Shown piece after piece: positions 13,250-25,999 of a stretch of 64,000 nt of DNA. Positions within the stretch are counted from its first letter, which is position 1. Every line of letters starts with the position of its first letter. The stretch comes from Spirogloea muscicola. Its lineage: Eukaryota. The position numbers were made by a program, and so were the translations under genes. Location of the stretch: assembly GCA_009602725.1 (NCBI GenBank), contig WELB01000025.1, forward strand, positions 994,678 through 1,058,677. The letters are read 5' to 3'. Under the pieces are notes generated by a model that ran no database searches, was not told the origin of the DNA, and was given only the letters and a program-made list of their open reading frames with translations.

Positions 13250-13970
13250 TGGGGAGCTCGCTGCAGAGGTCTATGGCCCGGGCGTTGCACCTTCGTGCCG
13301 GCAGAGCCCTCGCTGCTGCCTCTGGCTCTGGCCAGGGGACCCACTTCAACGAGCCTAGCATCTCCGACCTGCGGCTGCTTAGCAGAGGTTACTGAGTGTT
13401 TCGTAGCTGCTTTGTTTCTGTTTCTTAGCGCTTCCCCTGGCCCCCTTCTCGTACTCTGTTCATTCTTTTTCGGGCTGGTTTTTCCAGCCCCTATTCTCAA
13501 TGGGCGAGCACTTTCTTCTGTGTTCCCCCGACGACTTCTTCCCAATGGCAATTGACACCCATGGGGCGCTGGGCGCTCGGTGGCTCGAGCTGCTCACCCA
13601 GCTCGCCCGCCACACCATCGCCCGTCGCTTCCATGGGGAGCCGGTGGACTTTGCTGCAGCCGGGTCGCTGGCGCAAGTGTATCGCATGCGCCTGGCCGTC
13701 TCGCTGCAGAGGTCTATGGCCCGCGCACTGCACCTTCGTGCAGGCAGAGCCCTCGCTGCTGCCTCTGGCTCTGGCCAGGGGACCCACTACCAGGAGCCCA
13801 GCATCTCTGATTTGCGGCTGCTTAGCAGCGGTTACTGAGCGATTCGTAGCTGCTTTGTTTCTGTGTGCGCTTTCTTTCAGCGCTTCCCCTGGCCCCCTTC
13901 TCGTACTTTGTTCATTCTTTTTTGGGCTGGCTTTTCCAGCCACCTATCCTCAATGAGCGAGCACTTTCTC
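13250..13970 (+). mobile_element. Two head-to-tail young 5'-truncated CRE copies (A1)
   Basis: Stops at 13395 and 13838 (EPSISDLRLLS[R/S]GY*), each followed by a UTR with GGGCTGG-N5-CCAGCC hairpin and TTTCT tail. Confidence 0.9.
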
Positions 13971-14059
13971 TGTGTTCACAGCCCTTGCTCCCATTGAGCG
14001 TGCCATTCAATGCGCCCCGCGCCCCCCCCCTATTCTTCTGTGTGGAGGGGGAGAGGAAG

Positions 14060-16400
14060 TGACATTCCCAATGGGGGCAACGGCTGCGAAAGCCAGCCCA
14101 AAAAGAACTGACAAAGGTTTGGAGAGGCCTACAGTAGTGGGCGATGGCTGTGAGTGGCCAGCCCAATAAAAGAGTGAACGAAGTTCGATGGGCTCGAGAA
14201 AGCGCCCGGGCGCTACGCCCATTTATAGATGAGGCAGAGGCTAGGGCAGACTAAACAGGGCTACATGATACGGAGAAAGAGAGAAGGCGCACGGAGAAAA
14301 AGAAGGAAGCGCGTCAAATATGAGAGCAGTGGCTGTGGGAGGCCAGCCCAAAGGAATGGACAATGTCTGAAAGGGCCGGATGGCACAAGAAGCAAGACAC
14401 GAGACGCTGAGACGTCAGCAGATAGGCTCTAGGACAGGAGGGTGAGGTTTGCAAAGCGAACTGCATGGCAGGGCTCGCGCGCTCCGACATGGGCCGGCTG
14501 CGGTGAATCCCTAGCGCTACCTGATTGGCTAGGCGCGCCGTTGGCTACACTGGATGGCTAGGCGGAAGGGTTGTCTATGGGCACGTTCATCCGACCCAGC
14601 AGTCGACCCGACCTTGATTTGGTGGTCTTCGGCCGTCCGTTTTACGATCGCCTTTCCACCGCTTCGGTAGCGCTCCACCTTGACGGTCTTGTTGGTGGTT
14701 GAGGTAATCGTAGATGGGTTTCCCTCGTTGCGCTTTGGAACGATCTTCGGCAGGTTGGCGTCGTGCGTGGGCATTGGCCCTTGTAGTGGCTCCGCCGTTC
14801 TTGTCGTTGTCGTTGTTGTTGTTGTTGTTGTCGTTATTGTCGTTGTCGTCGTTGTTGTCGTCCGCATTTGATGAGCGGTCACCGAGAGAGAAAGAGAAAA
14901 AGAGAAAGGGAGAGAAGTGGTCCTCCATCCTTAGCGTAAATTACTCACAAAAGTGAGTTAATCAGCAGAGAAGGCCACGTGTCAAGCCAAGTCAGCTGTC
15001 CTAGTCAAATCGACACAAATAAGCAGTCTAACGGAATTTAGCAAGACACCCCTTGTCGACAGCCGCAGGTCGGAGTAACTTGCAGCTGGAAAGGGAGAGC
15101 TGCTCACAGCAATCATTTTACATTGGAAGAGCTGATTAAGGCAGCCCACAGAAAGCTTAAATTCGAAGTCCAACTGAGCCGGGAAAAACGTGGAGACAGC
15201 ACTGAGGGTCCTTGCTCAGTGACCCGTAGTCAGCAGCCGCAAAGGTGTCTTTGGGCAACTCCTTTCCTGCGGACCTGTAGTGTCTAGCTGTGTGGTTTTC
15301 TTTTCGGCACCATTTGGCTCTTTGGACCTTGTCCTTTCTTTTTGGGCTGCCTTTCTCAGCCCTTACCCTCTAGGGGCGAGCAATTTCTTTCCTGTACAGG
15401 AGGCAGAAGTCAAAGGAGGCAGAAGTCAGGGCATGCTGAGAACGAACTCAAACTAAGCACTTTCAGGAGGAAAGAAGAATCAGCTCGTCCAAAGTGAGGC
15501 GATGGCTGTGAGAGGCAGCGAAAGTAGAGTGAACGAGGTCCAGAAAGGCTGGGAAGCGCTAAAGTGTGAGACTGGTCTCCGTTACTTCTGCAGTTGGACT
15601 CCCTAATCTCTAGTCAACGATTGCAGATCAAAGTAACGAGGAGGCGGAAAGGGGTTGCCCAGTAAGGGGCGAGGGCTGTAATAAGCACAAAACATAAGCA
15701 AGAATTACAGGACCGCTAAGGTTGCCTGCTCATTGACCGCTTGTCAGCAGCCGCAAGTGGGGAGAGATCAGCAGAACTACATGTAATGCTTTCCGGAAGT
15801 GGCGATTTAAAGGCCAGTCCAATATCAAAGAATATGGTCTGAAGGGGCCACAAAGCGCAAACTAAAGGGAAATAGCAGCTCCTTCGATGGGGCAAGGGCT
15901 ATGAGAGGCCAGCTTGTCAAGAGTGGACAATGTTTGAAGGGCCGGAAAGCGCCATGACACAGCTAAGCAAGTCTACTTATAGAATATCTTAGTCGAGGGC
16001 TGTGAAAGACTAGCCCGGAAAGATTGGACAAGGTTCAGAGGGCCGGAAGGCGCTAAGTCCACGGAGCCATGCAAGTGGCTCCAGCGAATGGGAGCTTGGT
16101 ACCCCCGAGTCAGCAGCCACAGGGCGCAGTAATTTGCAGCTGGAGAAGAACAATCAGGAAGGACAAAGACAGCTCTTCTAAAGTAAGGCAGTGGCTGTGA
16201 GAGGCCAACCCAAAGAAGTGAACACGGTCTGAAAGAAAAGCGCGGCCAGATCTGAAAGGGCTGGAAGGCGCATAGACCGCGGCTTTGCTTTCTGTGACTC
16301 CTGTAAAAGAATGCGCAGTAACCCCCAGTCAGCAATTGCAGATCGGCATAATCAGAGGGCTCAAGCGTCGCCCCGCCTAGAGCCTGAGCGTCCATCACAA
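14060..16400 (-). repeat. Stack of diverged CRE 3' ends, mostly co-oriented
   Basis: Reverse-strand remnants SYSDLRLSTRG (~15050), LRLLTTGH* (~15220), LWLLTRGY (~16100) and YADLQLLTGGY (~16320), interleaved with hairpin UTR modules. Confidence 0.7.
14798..14862. repeat. (GTT/GTC)n microsatellite
   Basis: Direct observation. Confidence 0.9.
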
Positions 16401-16884
16401 ACAGGTGTAGCAAAGAGGTTGGTACAATCTCGCCTCCCCGATAAGAGAGAATTTAAGATTAGGTCTAGGTCAGGTACGATTTTCTGCCATAGCCATGCCT
16501 TCTGCCTAGCGCCTGAGCGAGCGGCAGACACTGCTTCCCTCATTCCCAAGAGTCTCAGCGGGGCCCCTCCACTAGCACTCGGCCCGCCCCCTCCTCTCTT
16601 TGAGCTCGCACTCAGACGCCAATCCAAATTGGGCCACTGCCGCCACCTCGAGCTCGAGCCCGCGCCATGCTTGTCTGAGCTCGGCAATGGCGGTCAGGGA
16701 GATAGTGCCGGCCGGAGGGAGGGGCCAGTTGAGAGGGAGGTCAATCTAATCCACTTTTCCGTCTCGGGACGGGCGCTGACTCTTACCCCGTCTCGATTGA
16801 CAGAGCTTGCACGGAGCCCGCCATGCTCCTGTCCCTACTTGAGAAAAGGGGATGGCCTTGACAGTACTCACGCGAATAATTTCC

Positions 16885-17050
16885 GTTGTGCTCACCCGTG
16901 GGTACTGATGTCACCTTAGGCACCTTGGTTTCGGTTTCCGTATTATGTAGCCCTGTTTAATTTGCCCTGGACTCTGCCTGAACAATGTATTGACTTGAAT
17001 TGGCCTCCATTGCATTTCATGCGCCCCGCGCGCCTTCTCTCTCTCTCTTC
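16885..17050 (+). mobile_element. CRE 3' end, subfamily D
   Basis: VLTRGY* (16908), then D-type UTR ending CATGCGCCCCGCGCGCCTTCTCTCT; similar to 33000-33122 and 51400-51585. Confidence 0.8.
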
Positions 17051-17099
17051 CGCAGAGCAGAAGCAATGACCAAGCTCCACAAGCTCTGACAAACCCGCA

Positions 17100-18630
17100 G
17101 CCCCTACCACGTCGTGCAGCCCGGGCCATGCTGTGCAGCTGCCGTATCGTCATAGTCTCCCCGCCATGAACCAAGCAATCTTGGCCCCTTCAGACCTCCG
17201 GCTCCTTCGAGTTTGTCGAGCCCCGCAACAGCAGCAGCAGATAGTCCTCCCTTTGCGCATTGACCACCAGGTCATAGTTTGCTTAGCCCAGCCTGAGCGG
17301 CTGCCGTCTCGTGGCATGGCAAAGCCGAAGGGTTCACCCACCTTCCAGAATTTCATTTAGAAGTAAAGCCGTCCTCATTTCCAGGCGTTGTGAAACTGGT
17401 ACGCCGCTTGACTGTGCACGGAAGCCAGCCTGCTATGTATATACCATATTGTCATGCTGGCATACACTCCATCACGGATTCATGTACAAATTTGTCAGCA
17501 GCAACACGATGGACCCAACAGAAGGTAAGCTTTGGCATGCTTGTCTGTAAAGCTTTCAATGCTTACAATATGGCCGGCACGCTCCTATAGTTGCAGAGTA
17601 TTGCGTCCTCTGCAGGTCCCTATCAGGCTCTTCGGTCATGCGAGGTGGGTACTTCAGTAGTGGCCCAATGGTTGAAAGAGAAAGCTGACATGATCGCGCT
17701 CTCTGACGGAGAGGCATGGCACTTCTGATGCTTTCTGAGTGCACCTCTTGTAGGTCAATAGCAATAGCGAAGGCTGGGCATCCGCTTCGTAAGGTGCTTC
17801 TTGCTTGTATATGCTTATAGCATTGCATTGGTTGTAGGTTGTGCGTTCAGAATTTGGATATCATAAGTGAATGATGATAAGTCAATCATCGATGACATGT
17901 CTCAGAGATGCCCATGTTCACACAGAGCATGTGTCAAGGTTCATGCCTCGCTGATGCTGAAGCCCTTGCTTGATAAATGCAAGTGACACATGACGAATTG
18001 TCAAGCATGCCAAGAATTGTAGAAGGAGAAGAAGCGCCTCTGCAGGCACCTTGCCGTGATACGTTCACACAGCTTGGACCAATACTCTTTTCATGCCTGC
18101 AGAAAGAAGCAGAAGTCAGCTGACTCTTGAGAGTCTGTTGACATGGTCATATGCCAGGCCTGCAGCGTTCAGTATCTGGACCAACACTGATGAATTACTG
18201 ATGGATCACCACTTTAGAATGCTTAGACAAATATCGTCTTTCCTTGTTGTCCCCTGCATCACGTTGTCTCGCACGACGACCTTCCATCTTTCTCTGCCCG
18301 TGTAGGCAGATCTACTGCCCCACACTGCCTGCTGAGGTGCCTAGCCTCACCAAGCATCTGTAGCTGTCTTCCCACGGCATCGACATTTCGAGTCATTACA
18401 AGTATGACAACATGACGATATTGACATTGCGCACTGGTGCTGGCGGAGGTGGCTCAGGTGAGGCACGCTCCATGATAAGCAACACCGGCTTGAGACAGCT
18501 CCGTCCCTAGGCCGGCGGCTGCCGTCACACAAATACGAGAAAGGCATCTTGCGACCGCCAGGGCGTAGGCGTCTCTTGCGCGCCTCCCATGCGTCTGCTT
18601 CCGATTTAGAGCCCGCGGCACAGACCAACT
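17100..18630 (-). mobile_element. Ancient decayed CRE-like RT region
   Basis: Remnants HGKVPAEA, STILGMLDNSSCVTCI (cf. STLLAHDKPRGGVRPI), RQRA, AEDAIL (cf. ADDTTL) appear in the expected order. Confidence 0.45.
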
Positions 18631-19109
18631 GATTCTACGAGCGGTGGCCAGCGGCAGCCACCGCCGCAGCGGGCGGAAGCTTGGGCGAAGGAGACAGTTG
18701 GCGCGTCCCTGCGGTGCTATCGAAGGCGTGGTGGGCCGGGGGGTTGGGGCTGCCGGCCGGCCTGCCGGCGGTCAGCCCGTGCGCCGCGGCTGAGGGGAGG
18801 GAGGCCGGAAAGAGACTCGGGGAAAACAGACCCGGAGGAGCGAGAGGGAAGGCGCGCGGGGCGCATGGAATGAAAGGGAGGCCAATTCAAGCCAATTCAT
18901 TTTTTAAAGAGGGAGGGCGGACCCCCCGGCGCCCTCCTGCCGGCTTCAACTGCTCCTTCTGCAGGGCCCCAACTTATAAGAATTCCGTGTATAAGAAACA
19001 AATGTAGGCCAATGGCCAAGTTCAAAGGCAAGCATATCTAAAGACCTATATAACCTACAGCAGATTGACCCTAATAAGGCGGGGCGCAGCCCTTGCCGGT
19101 GGCTCGGTG

Positions 19110-19390
19110 CCTTTGGGTCTTGTGTCCTGCTACCGAATGCGTCTATCCATGTCCCTACAGCGGTCCCATGCGTTTCTTTGCATCGCCGGGCTGGTCGCAC
19201 CCTTGCAGCAGCCTCTGGCTTGCGCAGCGGGGTTGGTCTTCCTCCCCTCAGCTCATCTGACTTCCTACTGCTGACACGGGGGTATTGAGGGCGCCCTGTC
19301 TGCCTAGCCTTTGGCTCCGTTTTGAACACCTATATGCATCTGGCTGGCATTCTACTGCCGATTCTTTTACATCAGCAGCCGCATTCAGAT
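19110..19390 (+). mobile_element. CRE 3' end, subfamily C
   Basis: YRMRLSMSLQRS..SSSDFLLLTRGY* (19288); very similar to 29202-29470. Confidence 0.85.
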
Positions 19391-19399
19391 TTTTTATAC

Positions 19400-20640
19400 G
19401 CGCGCTCTGAGAGGCTTGGAGCAAATGCATGGAGCAGGAGTGGGCGGGCGGCCCGCCCCCAGAAGCGGTCGGACTTGACATGCGGCAGGAGGGGGGGGTG
19501 GGCAGCCGCGGCCACGGGGTGAAGTGCAGGGGGGTGGGTCTGCGAGGCCCACTTTGAAAAGAGCTCCAAGACATCCGCGCGTGCGCGCCCGCTCCTCTCC
19601 CCCTTGGCCTCGGCCCTCTTGGGCTGCCCCTCTCAGCCCACTGTTTCACAGCGGAGAGCTGCTTCTATCCCCGTCCCTCGAAACGGAGAGTTGCTCCTGC
19701 TCGGTCAGTGGCGCCCACGGCCTGCAGTTGCTGCCTGGCGGCGCGCCACTCCCCGGCTCGCGGGCCCCCCGCCGCGGCGTTCCGACGAAGCGGGTCACCA
19801 TTCGCCAGCCTCTTCTTCGAGCCACGAAAGCGGGTAGACGGGCGCGCCACTGGCTCCCATGCCGGCACGTTCACTATGCAGGCCCCTGCTCGTGCGAGCG
19901 CCGCGGCTGGCTCCGCGCCCGAGCTCGCCTCGCGTTGTTTTGCAGCACTGCCGTCATGGCCAACTTACCATTGGTACACAGAAACAATAGCGTCCCGGTA
20001 TTGACGGTCATCTTAAACTGGTGATCTAGCGATGTCTAGATAGACGCTTAGTGCTCCAATAAATCTTCAAGCAGTCGACTGAACCTCTAAGTGCAATTCT
20101 GGCCATTCTAAACAATCTGAAATATTGGACAGTTGGCTTCAGGAAATGAGCGCAGTGGCTTGTGCAGAAGGCACCGACTGCTGTTTTGGATGTCACAGAC
20201 ATTCTGCCCACGGATGACGAAAGAGGCTATCATGCATCTCAACTGGACAACCTCCTGCACACATGGCAGCAACTGCAAAGCTGGCTAAATAACGGGTTGA
20301 TACCATATCTGTAGATTCCCAGCAAATACTGGCTGCTACTGATGTCATCTGTTGATTGCTATAGAATGCCAGTGGGACTGTCTTCAAAGCCATTTCTAAG
20401 ACAAGGAATGGTCTCAGTGGTAGACAAGACGCAGAGGTGCTTATTATTGTACTTCACTAGCTTCAGTTCCTGGCTTGGTCTGCCAGCCGCATGTACACAA
20501 GCTTTTAGCTGAAGTTGGTCAGGGCAGCTATAAGCCGCCTGCACTGCCAGCGTCCTGAGATTAGAGATTCTCCGTACATTGGCGGTTAAATTGACGTCAC
20601 AGCGCATACATTTGCAGAGAGAGCTGCTACAGAGAGGCTG
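19400..20640 (+). mobile_element. 5' part of ancient element X (inverted paralog of ~55200-56860)
   Basis: Reverse-complement colinearity with 55250-56860, e.g. shared STTETIP..RNG..DSPTGIL antisense peptide. Confidence 0.7.
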
Positions 20641-20649
20641 AGAGGAAGC

Positions 20650-21310
20650 TTTATGTGTGTCACAGATGCCGGCTGGCAGCGCTGCCGCCCCGAGCTTGCC
20701 CCCGTGGCGGCCACGCGCCGATGATGGATTCCACCTTTCCTGGTCAGGGGTCCTCGCGCCAGGGCGTACAACCTGGCGAAGGCCCACGAGCCTTGGTGGA
20801 TGTGGTGGTGACCGAGGCATACAAGAGTTCCGCTTCCACACATAGCTGGCCACGCAGTGGGAGATGCTGAGCACAGATAGCTCCGACACTACTCTGACTA
20901 ACCCCGCAGCGATCACCTTCTCCCGGCCGCAATCGACACTTTAGGCTGCTTGGGTCCTCGCTTCCATACCCTACTTGAGAACGCGAGTCTGGGATATGCA
21001 GGAAGTGAGGATATGCTTCCAGCCCAGATGCCGGCAGCCTATCTGTCATTTTTGCGACGTCGAGTGTCATCTTGTCTGCAGCGAGCTCAGGCTCATGCGT
21101 TGCATCAGAAAGCTGGTCGAGCCTTGGCTGGTAGTTCAAGAGCTTGTCGATTGCCATCCGGTATTCGAGCATCAGTTAGCGACCTCTATGTACTGACTCA
21201 TGGTTACTGAGCGGGTCAGCTTAGCAGCAGGTGACGTACATTTGTCAATGTGCTTGCCTTTGTACCTGGCCACACATGGCCTCCCCATCTCTTGATACAC
21301 GTGTTTTCTT
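20650..21310 (+). mobile_element. 5'-truncated CRE copy, subfamily B
   Basis: GPRALVDVVVTEA, AAIDTLGCLG, RRRVSSCLQRAQAHALHQKAGRAL..SVSDLYVLTHGY* (21210). Confidence 0.85.
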
Positions 21311-22599
21311 TTCAGCCAGCCTAGCTCCTGGCCCCCGGCTCGGCCACGTCAGGCGCAGCGCACGAGAACCTCCAGGTGACCCCTCAGTTTGGCATTGTCG
21401 TGAGCCCATCAATGACTCCTTGCCGACCGCAGAGTATGCCAGTCCGTCCTCCCCCCCTCCTCAGCTCCAGCAGTGCACTACTGCACCAGTCCCCGCCTCC
21501 GAGCGGGGCCCCACCTTCTCATCCACCTCCTCCGCTACTCCAGCCGCCTGTGGTGGCTGCCACAGTGCCGGGGCCGCCAGAGGCACCCTTGCACAATGCA
21601 GGGCTGCTCTCCTTAACAGCGGCCTGCCAAACGTGGCCGCCCCGGTGTCCCAGGCTCGCGGGTCTCCTGCCAAGGTTGCCAGCGCCTTCATCATAAGCGG
21701 GGTATGGCAGCACACGCTGGGCACTGCAGCTGATAGCGAACTTGCCATGAGCTGATGGCCGCGCCGCTCCTGCAGATGTCGTCCGGCCCCACCATCTCCG
21801 TTAGTGGAAGGCTGGCAGTGGGAAGCCACGGTGCACCTACTCCCCCTCATCCCATCAGCCTTCACAACCGTCGGCAACACTGCATAGGCTTAGCCTGAGC
21901 GCTGCAAGGTGCTGGCTGCCATCCTCTCACGCGTGGTTTCTGCTCTAGCAGACGAGCCGGCCTGCACATGTACCGGCTCTCTTTCAAGCCTGGTTTCTGG
22001 CCTTCTTTTCTCCTATGGTGGGGACGGCCGCAGCTGCCTCCTGCACAAGCTTGCTTATCTACAAGCGGCCAATAAGAACGACCTGGCCCACCAGCGTGCT
22101 GCATCGCTCGGGCTGCTCGGGCTGCGAACTCAGAATCTTTTTGTGTACATGGCGGCGCAGTCAACCACCCAATCTGCATAGGTCCTCATCTCTACCACCT
22201 ATTTGAACAAATTGCCACCCCTGGCTATGCTCATTACGCGGATGTCTCTCTGGTCGAGATTGGCTTGCCGGCAGAATCTCTTGCTCTCGAGCAGCCAAGT
22301 GCCCCTATGCCTGCAGCGAGCTCAGCCAGGTGCTCTCCACTGAAAAGCTGGGAGGCCTTACTTTGTGGCAGGGCGGCTTGTGACCTGGCGTTTGGCCTTG
22401 CTAGCAGCTTCTATGCGTCGACCGGCGGCGTGGGTCTGTATAGCAGCAGGCGGCCTACAACTTTCCATGTGCTTTACTGTGTATATGGCCGCTTTTCCTT
22501 TCTGTCACTTGGTGCACGCTGTCCTCCTCAGCACCACTGGGCTTCGGCTGATAAGATGGACCAATCAGCGGCTTTGTAGGAGCTTGGCACACTCTTCCT

Positions 22600-25430
22600 G
22601 CGGCACATCCCTCAGAAGGTGTGGTCCTCACATGTGCATAATACTTCGCAGTGAAGGTAGCAAAGAAACCAACTTCCCAAATGAGGCGGCCTTGAGCCAT
22701 TATCCCTGTCCTCATGGCACGGCCCTTGCTGGGCTACTTCCCTGCGGATGCGCAGCCTGTCTGCCAGCAGCTTCTTTACTGCCTGTTGCTCAGGCCAGGT
22801 TGTGGAGGGGAGCTCTTGGGCTCTTGGCGGACCTGGAAGCTGCGCTACAGCCTCCTCCGCCCTGATTGCAACTTGCAATTGGGGCCGCGGCAGCCCCCCA
22901 GCAGCAGCCTTGCTCAAGCGTGTCCTTCGCTTCGCCAGTGCAACCAAACCCTTGCATGCCGTGCAGGCCTTCGAGCCCTCCTCTCCTGATCTGGCAGATG
23001 ACACAGCGGGGCTGGCCCTGCAGGAGCTCCACCAGCTGATGGAGGATGACCTGGACACTGCAGTTCTCTCATGGGCAGCATTGCAGCTGTGCGCAGCTGT
23101 AGGGGCCCTTCGGGCATACATCTGGAGCATCTGAAGAAGCTGTAGCTGGCGGGCGATGAACACATCGGTGCATTTCTGCCACCACATTGCAAGTGGGCCT
23201 CAGCTCCTCCGCAGGCTCTGTGTGCTTCTTACCAGCCTCCTGACAGATTCGAAGGGGGGGGGGAAATGGTAGCCCCTCACTCTGCGCAAGGTTTAAGTTA
23301 CTGGATATGTCTTCCATATTGTCCCCCTACATCCACTTCAGGTCCCGTGTACTTGGCACTGGCCTGTACGGCAGGGGCGAGGCTATTACCTCTAGCACAC
23401 AAAGTGCATTGGAAGAACACCCCAATCTCAAGGTGCTACCTGGCAAAAAAGAGGAGATGCTGCCAACACCATCAAGTGCCGCATGGGGTAGAAGCTCGGT
23501 GCTGCCTTTCCCAACCTTGTCTGAATTCTCCTGGCAATGTAGGGCAAGATTGGTACGCATTGGTGGTGGCTTGGGGCATACTGCCTAGCGCTGTTGACCA
23601 CAGGCACACGGATGCCTGTGTTGACTTCTCTATTACTCTGGCGCACCTCTGCATCCTCTGGCTGTCTGCCGCCAGCCATCCTTGCGTCCTCCTCTTGGCA
23701 CTTGCTACTAGGGTCTTCCTTGTTGCCCCCCACCTACCTTGTCCCCATGGCCATGGCACCTTGCTCTAGGAGTTGGCACTCTGGGCCTCACATGAGATCC
23801 TCCAAGTACTTCTCGTGGTTAGGATGGGTCTTGCTAGCCTGCCTCCTGCTACTCGAGTAGTGCCAGTCCCTGCAACAGGTCACCATCCTTGTTGGACGCT
23901 GGACGCCCAATGTGTGCTCCTCCAACTTGTGCAGGCCAAGTTGGAGGAGCATCTCCAGTATTACTCATGTCTATGGGCTCGACTATCAGGCCTCCAGGTC
24001 TTGCAGAAGCGTTGCCATCCCTGAACGCTGCAGCATGCAACGCCCGACATCATCACTTGAATAGGGCCTTTCTTTTCACGACGACCTCAGGTATGCCACT
24101 TCTGACTTCGTAATAAGTTCAAGCGATGGTTGACCGAGAAATTTTGTTGTGGATTTACCTAGTCAGAGTTCCAAGCAGACCTACCCTGCTGCTGCCATTG
24201 AGGAGCTAATGGCTTGTGCAACACTCTTGGCCGTCCTCCTCACAGCCTACCCTCTGCAAAATCCTCCCCAGCAGCCTCGGGCGGCTTGCATTGACGCCGT
24301 GAGGACCAGACTTGCAGGCCCGTCTACCTTAGCAGCTGGGCAGCTTCTGCGGCCCACAATCTCATCTCTATTATCCAGCCATGGCTGGCGCACTATTGAG
24401 GCAAGCATGATTGAAACTGCTGGATCATATCGGCTTCCAATTGACCTGCCCACTACCACCTCTTCCGAGCTCGGACTGAGCTGCTCCACATACTTTTACA
24501 ACAAATGTGTGCACGCGGATGGCGGTGATTGCAGCAGCATCAACTTCAGGAGAGAAGTCAGGCAGGTTCCAACTAGTTGCCAATTGCTGTGGTGGTTAAT
24601 AACTGGGGTCAGAATCACTCCCTCTTTGTTTCTCTCTTGGTGCATCGGTATGTGTTTCCTGCCACTCTTGACGCACCTGCATGTAACAAAATTAGCTTAC
24701 TGATTGGCGTGTGCTGCTGCACCTGGGCCCTCCTTTCATGAAGCAAGATGGCAGTGTGTATGCACGCTCCAGTAGGCAGATGCAGTCTTCAATATGATTG
24801 ACAAGGTTCGTGCGGCAGGAAGTAGTATGATGGCCGTCATGACTTGTGTAAGAGCATGTTTGGCATCTTCTCATCGGGGGGGGGTTTGCTAAGCATCACT
24901 GAAGAAGTCAGTATTAGTGCCAATACAGGTGCGTGCAGACAACCTCCACCGAGCAGACGACTCCCACAATAGGAGGGTCTTGTTGGGGTACTACTTGGCG
25001 GTGACCTTCACCTCTTGGTTGTTCTTGATGACCACCAACTGCCAGATAAATATTTCTGCCGATGTGTCTGCACCAGATGAGTGCTGAGCGGTCTGTGCTT
25101 CAAATGTTGAAAGGAAGCTAAGTACGCCCAACACCGCCCCCCTTCGCTGCTAGATACACTCTTCAGCTATGAGTTTCATTGTTCAATTGGCAAGTTCCGG
25201 CCCTTGCGCTCGCCTTGAGCGGCAGTCAGTGTCTGTGGCCACTGTCAACATAGCGAGTATCCGAGTTTGTACACCCCTCATTCAACAGTCCTACCTTGAG
25301 ATACTTGTCCTGCTCCTTACAGCACTTGCAAGCTATGCCCTTGCATTTACATGCTCTGCGGGCTGCCACGTCTGTGATTGATGGGGTCTAGCTCGTTGGA
25401 GGTGTGGTTCTGGAGCTGTGGTTATCTGAG
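22600..25430 (+). mobile_element. Ancient near-full-length decayed CRE-like copy
   Basis: KRVLRFASATKPLHAVQAF..ALQELH (cf. RRALRYGHAGELSRAVQAL), EHLKKL.LAGDE (cf. EHLRELFLEGDE), EAKYAQH, terminal WSCGY. Confidence 0.65.
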
Positions 25431-25999
25431 CTACATCCAGCTCCACTCATTGTTATCAGAAGGGAGGGCCAGTATGCAGCCCTCTGCCTTTGCCATTCGT
25501 TCCCACCTCAATATGCCTGTCAGTCCACAAGCCACGAGCTGGTGGAGCTGGGGTGGGACCTGGTGGCTGAGAGAGGTGGGTGATGTCTGCAGCTTGCCCC
25601 TGCCAGTTGCCCTTCGTATCATTTGACCCACCACCATGACACCGTAAGCAGCTCCGCAAATGCATCGTGTATCAGGTGAGCTTGCGAGCTCCACGAGAAG
25701 TCACAGATGTGAAGAGCCACCCTGCAAAGAGGCGAACGAAATCGTGAGGACAAGAGAACGAGATCTCCTGATGTTTGTGGCAAGGGCCAGGCTTATGCAG
25801 AAGAGGGCCCTGTTGAAAGGAGCACAGGCATGTGCGCAGAACAGATGGTCTACGTAAAACGGGCACAGATCCTGGATAGCTGCCAGGTGGAAGTCTTAGT
25901 AGAGCCTGTCGAGCAACAAGCTAGAAGAGTGGTGGTGACGATGATGGCAAAGGTGGTAGCATGACCGTCACAAGCGTCTGGCCAAGCATTCAAATAAAT

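Noticed and set aside
13472..13512. HDV-like ribozyme or histone stem-loop
   Set aside because: Could not build the nested double pseudoknot by eye; stem and loop do not fit the histone consensus; the position is 3', unlike R2 ribozymes
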